Shown: one piece after another, positions 16,680 through 25,268 of the stretch | Layout of the letters: each line of letters opens with the position of its first letter | Position numbering within the stretch: position 1 is the first letter of the stretch | Source: Candidatus Binataceae bacterium | GTDB lineage: Bacteria; Desulfobacterota; Binatia; Binatales; Binataceae | Assembly: GCA_035504735.1 (NCBI GenBank) | Contig: DATJRJ010000129.1 | Coordinates: forward strand, 4,771-68,770 | DNA length: 64,000 bases | Reading direction: 5' to 3' | Notes under the pieces: model-generated | Database searches by the model: none | Told to the model about the DNA's origin: nothing | What the model saw: the letters and a program-made list of their open reading frames with translations, nothing else | Position numbers and translations under genes: made by a program

Positions 16680-17693
16680 ATGAAACACTCTCGAGCGCGA
16701 ATCATCCTCGATGGCATCATCTCAGGTGTGGCTGGGGCGGCGGTAATCGCAATCTGGTTCCTGTTGCTTGACGCGGCCCGCGGAGCGCCACTTCAGACCC
16801 CGGCGCTGCTCGCCGCCAGCTTGATACCCGGGTTGCACAACGCTGCGGTCGCCGGAACGATTCCCTGGACGCTAGCGGCTGAATACACTGCGCTGCACTT
16901 CCTGACCTTCATCGGGATCGGTATCGCCGGCGCATTTTTGATCGAGGCTGCGGCCCGCGATCGCACGCTGTTTCCCTCGCTGCTGCTTTTCGTCTTCGCA
17001 TTCGAGGTCTTCTTTATCGCGGTGGTGATGATGCTCGGGCCGTCGGCGGTCGCAGTGATGCCGTGGTGGAAAGTAATGATCGGCAATGGTCTTGCGACTG
17101 CGGCGATGCTCGCGGTTTTTCTATGGCGGCAGCCGCTGCTACTCGACAGCCTGCTCGGTCCGTGGGTCGGGGTGATGAGCGAAGGGGTCGTGGCCGGAAT
17201 TGTTGGTGCGGTAATTCTCTCCGTCTGGTTCCTGATTATCGACTCTGCGGCGGGAGAGCCATTTCGCACCCCGTCGATTCTCGGCACCGTGATTCTCGGC
17301 GGCGCGGCCGGGGCGGGAATCTCGTGGCCGATGGTTATCGGCTATACGGTGCTTCACTTCATCGCATTTATCGTATTCGGCATCGCCGCCTCGATCCTGG
17401 TCTTTGGCTCCGAGCGCGAACCGCTGCTGGCACTGGGCGTGCTGGTCCTGTTTCTATGGTTTGAGGTCTCGTTCCTGGGATGCATAACGGTTTTGAATGC
17501 GGCGGCGCTCGAGCAGCTCGGATGGTGGCAGATTATCGCCGGTAACCTGCTCGCGTTAGCCGGAATAATCGGCTACTTCGAGTACGGCCATCGACGGATC
17601 ATCCCGCGCATCGCGCAGCGATGGGGCGAGATCGAGACCGAGGGTACCGTGAAGGGCCGGCCGATGGGCGGCCCGCCGCAGACGGCGCACTAG
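16680..17693 (+). CDS. integral membrane protein with internal 2 x 4-TM duplication, unknown family
   Basis: 337 aa with a strong RBS (AAGGAGG 7 nt upstream). The two halves align: ILDGIISGVAGAAVIAIWFLLLDAARGAPLQTPALL.../MSEGVVAGIVGAVILSVWFLIIDSAAGEPFRTPSIL..., and YTALHFLTFIGIGIAG / YTVLHFIAFIVFGIAA. Confidence 0.7.
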   Translation: MKHSRARIILDGIISGVAGAAVIAIWFLLLDAARGAPLQTPALLAASLIPGLHNAAVAGTIPWTLAAEYTALHFLTFIGIGIAGAFLIEAAARDRTLFPSLLLFVFAFEVFFIAVVMMLGPSAVAVMPWWKVMIGNGLATAAMLAVFLWRQPLLLDSLLGPWVGVMSEGVVAGIVGAVILSVWFLIIDSAAGEPFRTPSILGTVILGGAAGAGISWPMVIGYTVLHFIAFIVFGIAASILVFGSEREPLLALGVLVLFLWFEVSFLGCITVLNAAALEQLGWWQIIAGNLLALAGIIGYFEYGHRRIIPRIAQRWGEIETEGTVKGRPMGGPPQTAH

Positions 17694-18487
17694 AGACCCA
17701 GGACGTCGCGCATCGAGTAGAGGCCCGGCGGCTGGCGCTCGATCCAAGCCGCCGCGCGTAGCGCCCCGCGTGCCAGCGAGTCGCGGCTTTGCGCGCGATG
17801 CGTCAATTCGAGACGCTCGCCCTGGCCGCCGAAAATCACGGTATGGTCGCCCACCGCGTCGCCGGCGCGGAGCGCGAGCACCGTGATACGGTTGGGCTCA
17901 CGGACCCCGGTGATTCCCTCGCGGCCGAAAACGGCGTTGCCGGCGAAATCAATTCCGCGTGCTTCGGCGATCGTGCGTCCGAGCGCGAGCGCGGTGCCGC
18001 TCGGCGCGTCGACTTTCGTGCGGTGGTGAATCTCGAGCACCTCCGCATCGAAGTCCGGCAGGATCTTCGCCACCTCGGCGACGATGCGCATCAGCACGTT
18101 GACGCCGATACTCATGTTGGGCGCGATGAGGGTGCGCGTTCGCGGCGCGATCGCGCGCGCCCTGGCGTCCAGCTCGGGAGTGAAGCCGGTCGAGCCGATT
18201 ACGATCGCCGCCCCTTTCGCGGCAGCGATTTCGAGATGAGCCAGCGAAGCGGCGACGCTCGTGAAATCCAGTGTGACGGTATCGGGCCGCACGATCGCGG
18301 CATAGTCCTCGGTGATCGCGACGTCCAGCCGGCCGATTCCAGCCGTCTCGCCCGCATCGCGGCTCAATGCCCCGGCGCCGGGCGCTTCCAGAGCGCCGAT
18401 GATCCGATGAGCCGGATCCGCCGCGGCCAGCGCGATAAGCAGCCGGCCCATGCGCCCGGCTGCTCCCGCGATGATCAGATTAGCCAT
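17690..18487 (-). CDS. dapB: 4-hydroxy-tetrahydrodipicolinate reductase
   Basis: 265 aa with N-terminal AGAAGRMG Rossmann motif, HHRTKVDAPSGTA and other typical DapB sequence. Its stop overlaps the convergent gene's stop (CTAG). Confidence 0.9.
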   Translation of the reverse strand: MANLIIAGAAGRMGRLLIALAAADPAHRIIGALEAPGAGALSRDAGETAGIGRLDVAITEDYAAIVRPDTVTLDFTSVAASLAHLEIAAAKGAAIVIGSTGFTPELDARARAIAPRTRTLIAPNMSIGVNVLMRIVAEVAKILPDFDAEVLEIHHRTKVDAPSGTALALGRTIAEARGIDFAGNAVFGREGITGVREPNRITVLALRAGDAVGDHTVIFGGQGERLELTHRAQSRDSLARGALRAAAWIERQPPGLYSMRDVLGL

Positions 18488-18536
18488 CGCCGATTCCCCT
18501 TGCCGGCAGTAAGGCGTCCAGCCATGCGGGCGGCCA

Positions 18537-19601
18537 TCACATCCCGCGCAAAATCTCGACGGCTTGCAGGTGGTTTCGCTGAATCTGCGGCAGCCGCGCG
18601 ACCGGCTCGCGGCCGAAGCCGCACGGCGCGGCGATGCCGAACTGCGGCAGGTATTTGCGCGACAGCCTCAGACGAGTCCTGAAACCTTCGAGATCATCCA
18701 TATCGTGAATCACGCCCAGGTAAATCGGCGTGCGCCCGATTTTCAGATCGCCGAGTGGGCGAAAAAATTCGTCGGCCGTGCGCTTGAGGGTTGGAATGTG
18801 AACAAAGTCGACTCGCCGACGCGCAGCCGCGACGATCGCATTGGTGAAGCGCACCGGCATACTGAGATCTTCTGGCTCGAAGCAGGGCCATCCGCCGAGC
18901 GTTCCGTAGCAGAGATGGAACCCGAGCATCACCGTTTCCGGAATTCCCGCCACCAGCCGGCCGACCTGCGCGACGTTGCGTTCAAACGCTCCTTCCCTCG
19001 GCAGATACGGCAGTTGTCCGGCGAGATCACCCATTTCAAGCGCCGCGTCCCATTGAATCGCGAGGTCGTGGGGCGGAATTTTCTCGACCAGTTTGGCGAC
19101 CTCGGCGCGCATCGCAGCCTCGAAGCCCGGAATAATCCGCGGGTACTCCGAGTAATCGTGGAAGTAGGGCGTGATGACGCTATAGGTGAGCGGCAGCGAG
19201 ACCTGAAATCGAACGTTCCCGGGAATGACGCCCTCTTCCTTCAGCTTCCTGAAGATGAAGTAGGAGTTGACCGCGTCTTTGGTGAAGCCGAGCCGCCATC
19301 CGGGATCGCCAAATTTAACTTCCTTGACCCCGGGTTTGATGCGGAAGCCCCACTCGTCACGAAGGCTGCGCGGCCGCCATCGCTCGACGCCATCATCGGG
19401 CGCCGGGCGGCTCAGTGTTTCGAGCTGCGGATGGCCGTTGAAGACGCGGTAGGCGACGCCGTCGACCCAATACTGCCGATCGCCGACTTCGCCGTCGGGG
19501 ATACACGGAAGCATCGGCGCGAGCGGCGCGGCGAAATTCCGAAAGACTTCTTCGACTGTTTCGAGTGGAACACTTCCGACCATCAGCAATTCGTTCGCCA
19601 T
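18537..19601 (-). CDS. MetE C-terminal-domain-like (cobalamin-independent methionine synthase / UROD superfamily) protein
   Basis: 354 aa with balanced composition. It has His-x-Cys (FHLCYGT) and a late Cys (AAPCGFGR) placed like the MetE zinc ligands. The mirror ORF 18564..19625(+) is Arg-rich and rejected. Family assignment is tentative. Confidence 0.55.
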   Translation of the reverse strand: MANELLMVGSVPLETVEEVFRNFAAPLAPMLPCIPDGEVGDRQYWVDGVAYRVFNGHPQLETLSRPAPDDGVERWRPRSLRDEWGFRIKPGVKEVKFGDPGWRLGFTKDAVNSYFIFRKLKEEGVIPGNVRFQVSLPLTYSVITPYFHDYSEYPRIIPGFEAAMRAEVAKLVEKIPPHDLAIQWDAALEMGDLAGQLPYLPREGAFERNVAQVGRLVAGIPETVMLGFHLCYGTLGGWPCFEPEDLSMPVRFTNAIVAAARRRVDFVHIPTLKRTADEFFRPLGDLKIGRTPIYLGVIHDMDDLEGFRTRLRLSRKYLPQFGIAAPCGFGREPVARLPQIQRNHLQAVEILRGM

Positions 19602-19806
19602 GGCAGTCCTATAGCGTTCCGCTGAAGAATCTCAAAACGGATCTATCTCGATATACCGTAGGCAAGGCGCATGACTTACAGAAGTGCCGAGGCGATCCCA
19701 GGATTTCAGGTGCGGCTCAGCACTAGATGAAGAACCGATGCGACAGAGTGACGGGGCTTCGCTCAGGTCTCCTGATGCGGGCAGGATACCCGGAAAATCA
19801 CCGAGC

Positions 19807-20085
19807 TTACGAGCCGGTCGCAGCCCCACCGCCAGCCGCCGCAGGCGGTGCCGCGGCCGATGCGGCCGCGCCCTCCGCGGGCTTGGCGCCCCGCGAGGCC
19901 TGGTAATGCTGCTCGCAGAGGCTGCCCTTGAAGCGGGGCTTGCGGCATTTTTCTTCGGTGCAGATTTTGTAGCGCGCCTTGGGCATCTCGCCGCGCCGCC
20001 ATAGCCGATAATGCTGGCGGCAATAATTCTTGGCGAACGCCTCGCGCTTGCAATCCGTGGCCTTGCAATTCCCTTTGGTTGCCAT
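19807..20085 (-). CDS. small tandem CCCH zinc-knuckle protein with Ala/Gly/Pro tail
   Basis: From the ATG at 20085: MATKGNCKATDCKREAFAKNYCRQHY...YKICTEEKCRKPRFKGSLCEQHY. This gives two exact C-x4-C-x9-C-x2-H units. It lies 19 nt downstream of gpsA. The longer track ORF (to 20172) would overlap gpsA. Confidence 0.6.
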   Translation of the reverse strand: MATKGNCKATDCKREAFAKNYCRQHYRLWRRGEMPKARYKICTEEKCRKPRFKGSLCEQHYQASRGAKPAEGAAASAAAPPAAAGGGAATGS

Positions 20086-20104
20086 GCTTCCCTTCGACTT
20101 TCGA

Positions 20105-21112
20105 TCAGAACTCAGCCTTGAGTTCGCGGCTGAGCAGATCCTCAACAATATCGCGCGGCGCCTCAGCTTCATAGAGGGCGCGATTGACCGCCTCGACGAT
20201 TGGCATCTCGACGCCGGTCGCGCGCGCCAGCTCGATTATCGAGCGGGCATTGGCATAACCTTCAGCGACCGGTTTGCCTTCGCCATGGCGAAGCGCCTCG
20301 GTAACCTTCTCGCCACGGCCCAGCCGGACGCCGAGCGCGCGATTACGCGACAGCTCGCCGGTGCATGTCAGGACCAGGTCGCCCAGCCCGGCGAGCCCAC
20401 CGATCGTTTCGCGCCGCGCTCCCAGAGCCGTGGCGAGCCGGGTGACCTCGGCAAGGCCGCGCGTGATCACGGCGGCGCGGGCGCCTGAGCCGAGCCCGAG
20501 ACCGTCGCCGATTCCGGTCGCGATCGCGATTACGTTCTTGACCGCGCCCGCCAGCTCGACCCCGCGGACATCGATGCTGCGGTAAACCCGTAGCGCGCTG
20601 CCCGAAAAGATTGCCTGGACCTCGCGCGCCGTCTCCTCGTCCGGCGCGGCTGCGACCAGCGCCGCGGGCTTGCCGGCCGCCACCTCTGCGGCGAAACCTG
20701 GTCCCGAAAGGACGGCCAGCTTCACGCCCGGCGCAACCAACGCCGTGAGCATCGCGCTCATCGTCAGCAGCGTGCGCTCTTCGATGCCCTTGGTGGTACT
20801 CACGACGACCGTGCCAGGACGGATCGCGCCGGCGACCTCGGAAATCGTCGCGCGGGCGAAACTCGACGGTATCGCCATCACGACGATCCCGGCCTCGCGG
20901 ACCGCCTCAGCCCACCGATCTGCAATCTTGAGTGCGGATGGGAAGACGATTCCAGGTAGATAGGTCGAATTTTCGCGCCGTTCGACAAATGAATCGAGCT
21001 GGGCGTGACGACGCACGCAAAGCGTCGTCGGCCGGCCGGCACGCGCGAGCATCACGGCAATCGTGGTGCCCCAGGCTCCCGCCCCGAGAATCGCTGCTGG
21101 CGCCGATTTCAA
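20105..21112 (-). CDS. gpsA: NAD(P)H-dependent glycerol-3-phosphate dehydrogenase
   Basis: 335 aa with ILGAGAWGTTIAVML Rossmann motif and typical GpsA C-terminal domain sequence. Uses a TTG start. Confidence 0.9.
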   Translation of the reverse strand: MKSAPAAILGAGAWGTTIAVMLARAGRPTTLCVRRHAQLDSFVERRENSTYLPGIVFPSALKIADRWAEAVREAGIVVMAIPSSFARATISEVAGAIRPGTVVVSTTKGIEERTLLTMSAMLTALVAPGVKLAVLSGPGFAAEVAAGKPAALVAAAPDEETAREVQAIFSGSALRVYRSIDVRGVELAGAVKNVIAIATGIGDGLGLGSGARAAVITRGLAEVTRLATALGARRETIGGLAGLGDLVLTCTGELSRNRALGVRLGRGEKVTEALRHGEGKPVAEGYANARSIIELARATGVEMPIVEAVNRALYEAEAPRDIVEDLLSRELKAEF

Positions 21113-21167
21113 TCCTGACTTTCCGCCGGAGGTCGATGCCGTGGCCGGCTATCCCGAAGGCCGTCCG

Positions 21168-21788
21168 TCAATTGACGGCGCGCAACACCCGGTAGAGCGG
21201 TTCGAGTTCGCGAAACGCATCGAGCAGTTCGGCCCGATCGAGGCGGAGTGCCTCGCCGCGCGGCCATCCGAAGCCGATATCGAGCTCGCCGGTTTTTCTG
21301 GCGAGATTTTCGCCGAGCTCATCGAAGAATTCCTTGCCGGCAGCTACGGTGGCCGGAAGCTGCTGGAAATCCCATTTGTCGTAGCGGGCGATTTTCGTAC
21401 CGTCGAGAGTCCTGGCGAGTTCGGCCCCGCGGCGTCTGAGTCCGCCCGCCATCTCGGGCCGCTGGTCGGCCTCCGATTTTACCACCGCACGAGCATGGAG
21501 TCCCACGCCGGAGATGCAGAGCGCCAGGTAGCCGTAGCGCTTGTAGCCTTTGGGCGACGGGCCGAACGCGGCCCAGGTCTCGGGCGGAGGATTCACCGTG
21601 CGGCGCGCGTGCTTGGCGACATGCGGAAAGAATTCCAGGTGCAGCAGACGGGCGAGCTCCGGCGCCAGATCGTCGCCGAGCCGCATCAGCCGGGGACGGA
21701 CGTGAGCATAGATTTGCTGCATGCGCTCGTTGAAGCCCTCGGTGTCGAAGACCCTGAAACTGGCCGCCGTAAATCCGAGAGTCGCCAC
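21168..21788 (-). CDS. DUF1054 (YktB/UPF0637-like) family protein
   Basis: 206 aa. The FDTEGFNERMQQIYAHVRPRLMRLGDDL...HVAKHARRTVNPPPETWAAF pattern is typical of YktB-like proteins. Confidence 0.75.
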   Translation of the reverse strand: MATLGFTAASFRVFDTEGFNERMQQIYAHVRPRLMRLGDDLAPELARLLHLEFFPHVAKHARRTVNPPPETWAAFGPSPKGYKRYGYLALCISGVGLHARAVVKSEADQRPEMAGGLRRRGAELARTLDGTKIARYDKWDFQQLPATVAAGKEFFDELGENLARKTGELDIGFGWPRGEALRLDRAELLDAFRELEPLYRVLRAVN

Positions 21789-21820
21789 GCTCGCCTCGTC
21801 TTCAGGTTCCCGGAAATCGA

Positions 21821-22219
21821 TTAACTCTGCTTTACGCGCGGACGTTCGTAGCTGACGCCCTCGCGATGGGCCGCTTCCCAGTTACGCCCGTCGAAATAGC
21901 CGGGCTTGAGCTGTGCGATATCAACGCCGTCGAGGCAGCGGATGTTGACATCGATCGCTTCAGGCGCCGCACGCGGTATGTAATAGGGAGCGCATCCGCA
22001 AATCGCGCAGAAGTAATGTTTTGCCACCCCGGTATTGAAGCTGTAGGTCACGATGCCATCGTCGGAAGAGAGCAGCCGGAATTGATCGCGTGGCACGATC
22101 CAATGCAGGTAGCCCTTCTTGGCGCAGATCGAGCAGTTGCATTCGATCGCCTCGACGAGTTCCCCGTCGACCTCGAAAACGATCTCGCCGCAGTGACATC
22201 CACCTCGATAAGTAGCCAT
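21821..22219 (-). CDS. GFA (glutathione-dependent formaldehyde-activating / CENP-V) family protein
   Basis: MATYRGGCHCGEIVFEV...CNCSICAKKG...HYFCAICG carries the canonical GFA Cys motifs. The ATG at 22219 is preferred to the 22312 track start. Confidence 0.85.
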   Translation of the reverse strand: MATYRGGCHCGEIVFEVDGELVEAIECNCSICAKKGYLHWIVPRDQFRLLSSDDGIVTYSFNTGVAKHYFCAICGCAPYYIPRAAPEAIDVNIRCLDGVDIAQLKPGYFDGRNWEAAHREGVSYERPRVKQS

Positions 22220-22372
22220 ATCCGCCAGCCGTTTCGGGCGCCGAGAATTTCTGAGAGCGGGCGCCGTATCGCGCGCCAAGTGTAACGCTTTTCGTATCGG
22301 ACGGGAAAGCAAACGGTTGCGGGCGCGCTGGCCAAGTGTTTAGGTGGCGTCGACGGGGACCGCTGACGCACG

Positions 22373-23962
22373 ATGCCCCGCGAAATCATGCGGATTAACG
22401 CGGCGGAAGAGATTCTGCGACCGGCCCGGGAACGCGGCTTCGATGCGCAGCCGGCGCTGATCGCTGGCACTCGAACGATTTTGTATCGCGAGCTCGCCGC
22501 GATGGTGAACCGGGCTGGCAACGCGCTGCGCGCCCTCGGCGTCGAGCGCGAGCATCGGGTGTTGCTGATGCTCAACGACAGCCCGGAATTGATCTACGCC
22601 TATCTCGGCGCGATACGGATCGGGGCGGTCGCGATCGCGTTCAACACCCGTTCGTCACCGGCCGAACTCAAATTTGCGATCGAAGACAGCGGCGCACGGG
22701 TCCTATTGATCGGCGGAGAATATCTCGAGGGCTACCGCGCCATCGCGGGGCACCTGCGAGACCGCGTGTGCGTGGCAGTGGCCGGAGGATCCCATCCCGA
22801 CTTCGCGAACCTCGATGAGCTAATCGCGGCCGCGCCGGATGAACTCGCTTTCGAGCCGATGCGGCCCGATGATATGGCGTTCTGGATCTACACTTCAGGC
22901 ACCACCGGCACGCCCAAAGCCGCAGTGCATCTGCATCGCGACGCGCTTGGCGCCGGACCGTATCTCGAGCAATGCCTCGGCGTACGCGCGGGCGACCGGC
23001 TGTTCTCGACCTCGAAATTGTTCTTTGCCTATGCGCTCGGTAATTGCCTGTTCGGGTCGTTACGGCTGGGCGCGGTCAGCGTGCTGTATCCCGGCTGGCC
23101 CGATGCGGCGAGCGTTGCGGATATTATCGGGACGGTGCGGCCCGAGGTGGTCTTCAGCGTGCCCACGCTCTATCGCAACCTGATTGCGTCGGGGCGTGCG
23201 TGCGAGCCCGGATTCGCGGCGGTGCGCGCTTACGCGTCTGCCGGTGAGCGATTGCCGCCGGCGCTGGCCGAGAGCTGGCATCGTACGACCGGCGTCAGGA
23301 TTTTCGAGGGGATGGGAACCTCGGAGACCATCTACATGGCCTTTTCGAATTCGGCGGCAGCCTATCGGCCCGGCTCGTCGGGAAGAGTGGCGCCTGGCGC
23401 GGAGGTGAAGCTGGTCGACGAGCACGGCGAGCCGGTAAGCGAACCGGGAAAGATCGGCACGCTGTGGATTCGGATGGCTTCGGCCAGCGAGCGTTACTGG
23501 AATCAGCCGGAAATCACGCAGCGCGCCTTTGCCCGAGCCTGGTTTCGGACCGGCGATCTTTATTCGTTCGATGCCGAGGGCTTCTGGTATCACCACGGGC
23601 GGGCCGACGAGATGCTCAAGATCTCGGGGCAATGGGTCAGCCCGGCTGAAATCGAGGAATGCGCGGCGACGATCCCGGAAATCGCGGAGGCGGCTGCCGT
23701 CGGGATTCCCAACCCCGACGGCCTGATACGGCTCGCACTGGCGGTGGTGGTTCGCTCGGATGAGGCTGACCGCGAACAGGTGGCCGCCAAGCTGCGTACG
23801 ACGCTCACCAGGCATCTCTCAATCTACAAATGTCCGCGTGATATTCGCTTTGTCGATCGGCTGCCGCGTACCGCGACCGGCAAGCTCCAGCGCTTCCGTC
23901 TCTGCCAGGAACTCAGCGGCGGCGCGACCGCGGGTGGCGGGCGTGACGGCGCTGATCAATAA
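22373..23962 (+). CDS. AMP-dependent synthetase/ligase, aryl (benzoate-type)-CoA ligase family
   Basis: 529 aa with AMP-binding motif YTSGTTGTPKAAVHLHRD, GERLP, and the C-terminal PRTATGKLQRF motif. Confidence 0.85.
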   Translation: MPREIMRINAAEEILRPARERGFDAQPALIAGTRTILYRELAAMVNRAGNALRALGVEREHRVLLMLNDSPELIYAYLGAIRIGAVAIAFNTRSSPAELKFAIEDSGARVLLIGGEYLEGYRAIAGHLRDRVCVAVAGGSHPDFANLDELIAAAPDELAFEPMRPDDMAFWIYTSGTTGTPKAAVHLHRDALGAGPYLEQCLGVRAGDRLFSTSKLFFAYALGNCLFGSLRLGAVSVLYPGWPDAASVADIIGTVRPEVVFSVPTLYRNLIASGRACEPGFAAVRAYASAGERLPPALAESWHRTTGVRIFEGMGTSETIYMAFSNSAAAYRPGSSGRVAPGAEVKLVDEHGEPVSEPGKIGTLWIRMASASERYWNQPEITQRAFARAWFRTGDLYSFDAEGFWYHHGRADEMLKISGQWVSPAEIEECAATIPEIAEAAAVGIPNPDGLIRLALAVVVRSDEADREQVAAKLRTTLTRHLSIYKCPRDIRFVDRLPRTATGKLQRFRLCQELSGGATAGGGRDGADQ

Positions 23963-23980
23963 TTGCGGGAGGAAGGAGCC

Positions 23981-24385
23981 GTGCCCAAGCAGATCATCAC
24001 ATCGCAGAGCGCACCGACCACCGGCTTCACCGATCGTCAGACGCCCGCGCCAATCGCCCAGGCTATTCGCTTCGGCAACCTGTTATTCGTTTCGGGCCAG
24101 GGACCGCTCAATCCCGAAACGCGCGAAGTGGCGCCGGGCGATATCGCCGTGCAGGCGCGCCAGACGCTCGACAATCTGATTGCGGTGCTGGGCGCCGCCG
24201 GCGCGACGCTCAAGAACGTGGTTAACATGCGCGTGATCCTGCGGGATGTCGCGGATTTCCCGCAATTCAACGCGGTCTTCCGCGAGTACATGGGCGGCGA
24301 GAAGGTGACGCGCACCTGCGTCGGCGCGACGCCACATCGCGCTGGTGTCAACGTCGAGATCGACTGCGTTGCGATGTTCGATTGA
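23981..24385 (+). CDS. RidA/YjgF/TdcF family protein
   Basis: LLFVSGQGPLNP...ARQTLDNLIAVLGAAGATLKNVVNMRVIL...VEIDCVAMF. The GTG at 23981 has GGAGGAAGGAG just upstream. The track start is a TTG at 23963. Confidence 0.85.
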   Translation: MPKQIITSQSAPTTGFTDRQTPAPIAQAIRFGNLLFVSGQGPLNPETREVAPGDIAVQARQTLDNLIAVLGAAGATLKNVVNMRVILRDVADFPQFNAVFREYMGGEKVTRTCVGATPHRAGVNVEIDCVAMFD

Positions 24386-24403
24386 ACGGCGGAGGACAGC
24401 ACC

Positions 24404-25231
24404 ATGGACAGCGGCATTATCTGTTCGGGAGTCACGCCCCATACCCCGCGAATGGGAGTTGAGTCGAGGGCGCCTGATTTCGCACGCCCGGTGATCGCGG
24501 GGTCATACCAGATGGGCGAGGCGCTGCACGCGATGAAGCCCGACGTCTTCGTAGTGAACTCGGCCCACTGGATCTCGACCTTCAACTGGTACGCCACCTG
24601 CCAGCCCGAGCATCGCGGGATGTGCGTAGCCGACGAGGCCCCCGACCTGATTCCCGGCGTACCGTACCGGCGACCCGGGATGCCGCAGTTTGCCGGCGCC
24701 ATCGTCGACGAGGTCAAGGCGATCGGCTGCCCGATCTATCGCAACGAGACCGAGCACTTCACCTGGGATTACGGATCGTACGTGCCGCTGCATTACCTCG
24801 ATCCCGACCAGAGTGTGCCCGCAGTGCTGGTCCCGACCTGCATCTCGGCCGATCTCGATGAATGTATGAAAGTCGGCGCCGCGATCGATCGTGCGGCGCG
24901 CAAAGTCGGCGTGCGCGCGATCTTTCTCGCCAGTTGCAGCCTTTCGCACAAGCTGGTGCGCGGCCCCGATCAATGGCCGTCGCCCGAGCGCCTGGAAATC
25001 GACCGTGCGTTCATCCGGATGCTGTGCGACGGGCGCATCGCAGAGGCCAAGCGCTGGTTCCCCGAATATTGTGAGCAGGTCGTCGCCGAAGTCGGGGGAC
25101 GCGATCTGGCCACGATGCTCGGCTGCCTCGACGAGAATGACGGGCCGTATGTCGGCCGGCAGTTCGGCGCTTACGGACAATCGTCAGGCAGCGGCAACAC
25201 CAGTGTCGCCATCTGGCGTGCGAATCAGTAG
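24404..25231 (+). CDS. class III extradiol ring-cleavage dioxygenase (LigB family)
   Basis: 275 aa with LigB-like N-terminus (GVTPHTPRM...VFVVNSAHW) and overall length and architecture. Substrate unknown. Confidence 0.7.
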   Translation: MDSGIICSGVTPHTPRMGVESRAPDFARPVIAGSYQMGEALHAMKPDVFVVNSAHWISTFNWYATCQPEHRGMCVADEAPDLIPGVPYRRPGMPQFAGAIVDEVKAIGCPIYRNETEHFTWDYGSYVPLHYLDPDQSVPAVLVPTCISADLDECMKVGAAIDRAARKVGVRAIFLASCSLSHKLVRGPDQWPSPERLEIDRAFIRMLCDGRIAEAKRWFPEYCEQVVAEVGGRDLATMLGCLDENDGPYVGRQFGAYGQSSGSGNTSVAIWRANQ

Positions 25232-25268
25232 CGAGAGCACCTCAAGTGAAGATTGGCGGCGCGGCGAA

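Noticed and set aside
17690-17693. Convergent genes (membrane protein and dapB) sharing overlapping stop codons in the palindrome CTAG
   Set aside because: This is a common consequence of compact convergent gene ends. There is no hairpin or other signal around it.
18564-19625. 353-aa plus-strand ORF almost exactly mirroring the 354-aa minus-strand ORF
   Set aside because: The plus-strand translation is Arg-rich and repetitive. The minus-strand product has balanced composition, plausible zinc-ligand motifs and a start 49 nt from dapB. Only the minus-strand ORF is kept.
19764-19805. B12-box-like sequence (CAGGAGACCUG) and a CUCGG-UGAUUUU-CCGGG hairpin on the minus strand, upstream of the MetE-like gene. 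A possible cobalamin riboswitch.
   Set aside because: The resemblance is only partial. The hairpin loop lacks the conserved AA of the GGUGnnAAUCC element, and no GGGAA element is present. The rest of a ~200-nt aptamer would have to lie inside the upstream coding region. Running cmsearch with the Rfam cobalamin models on 19602-19900 (minus) would settle it.
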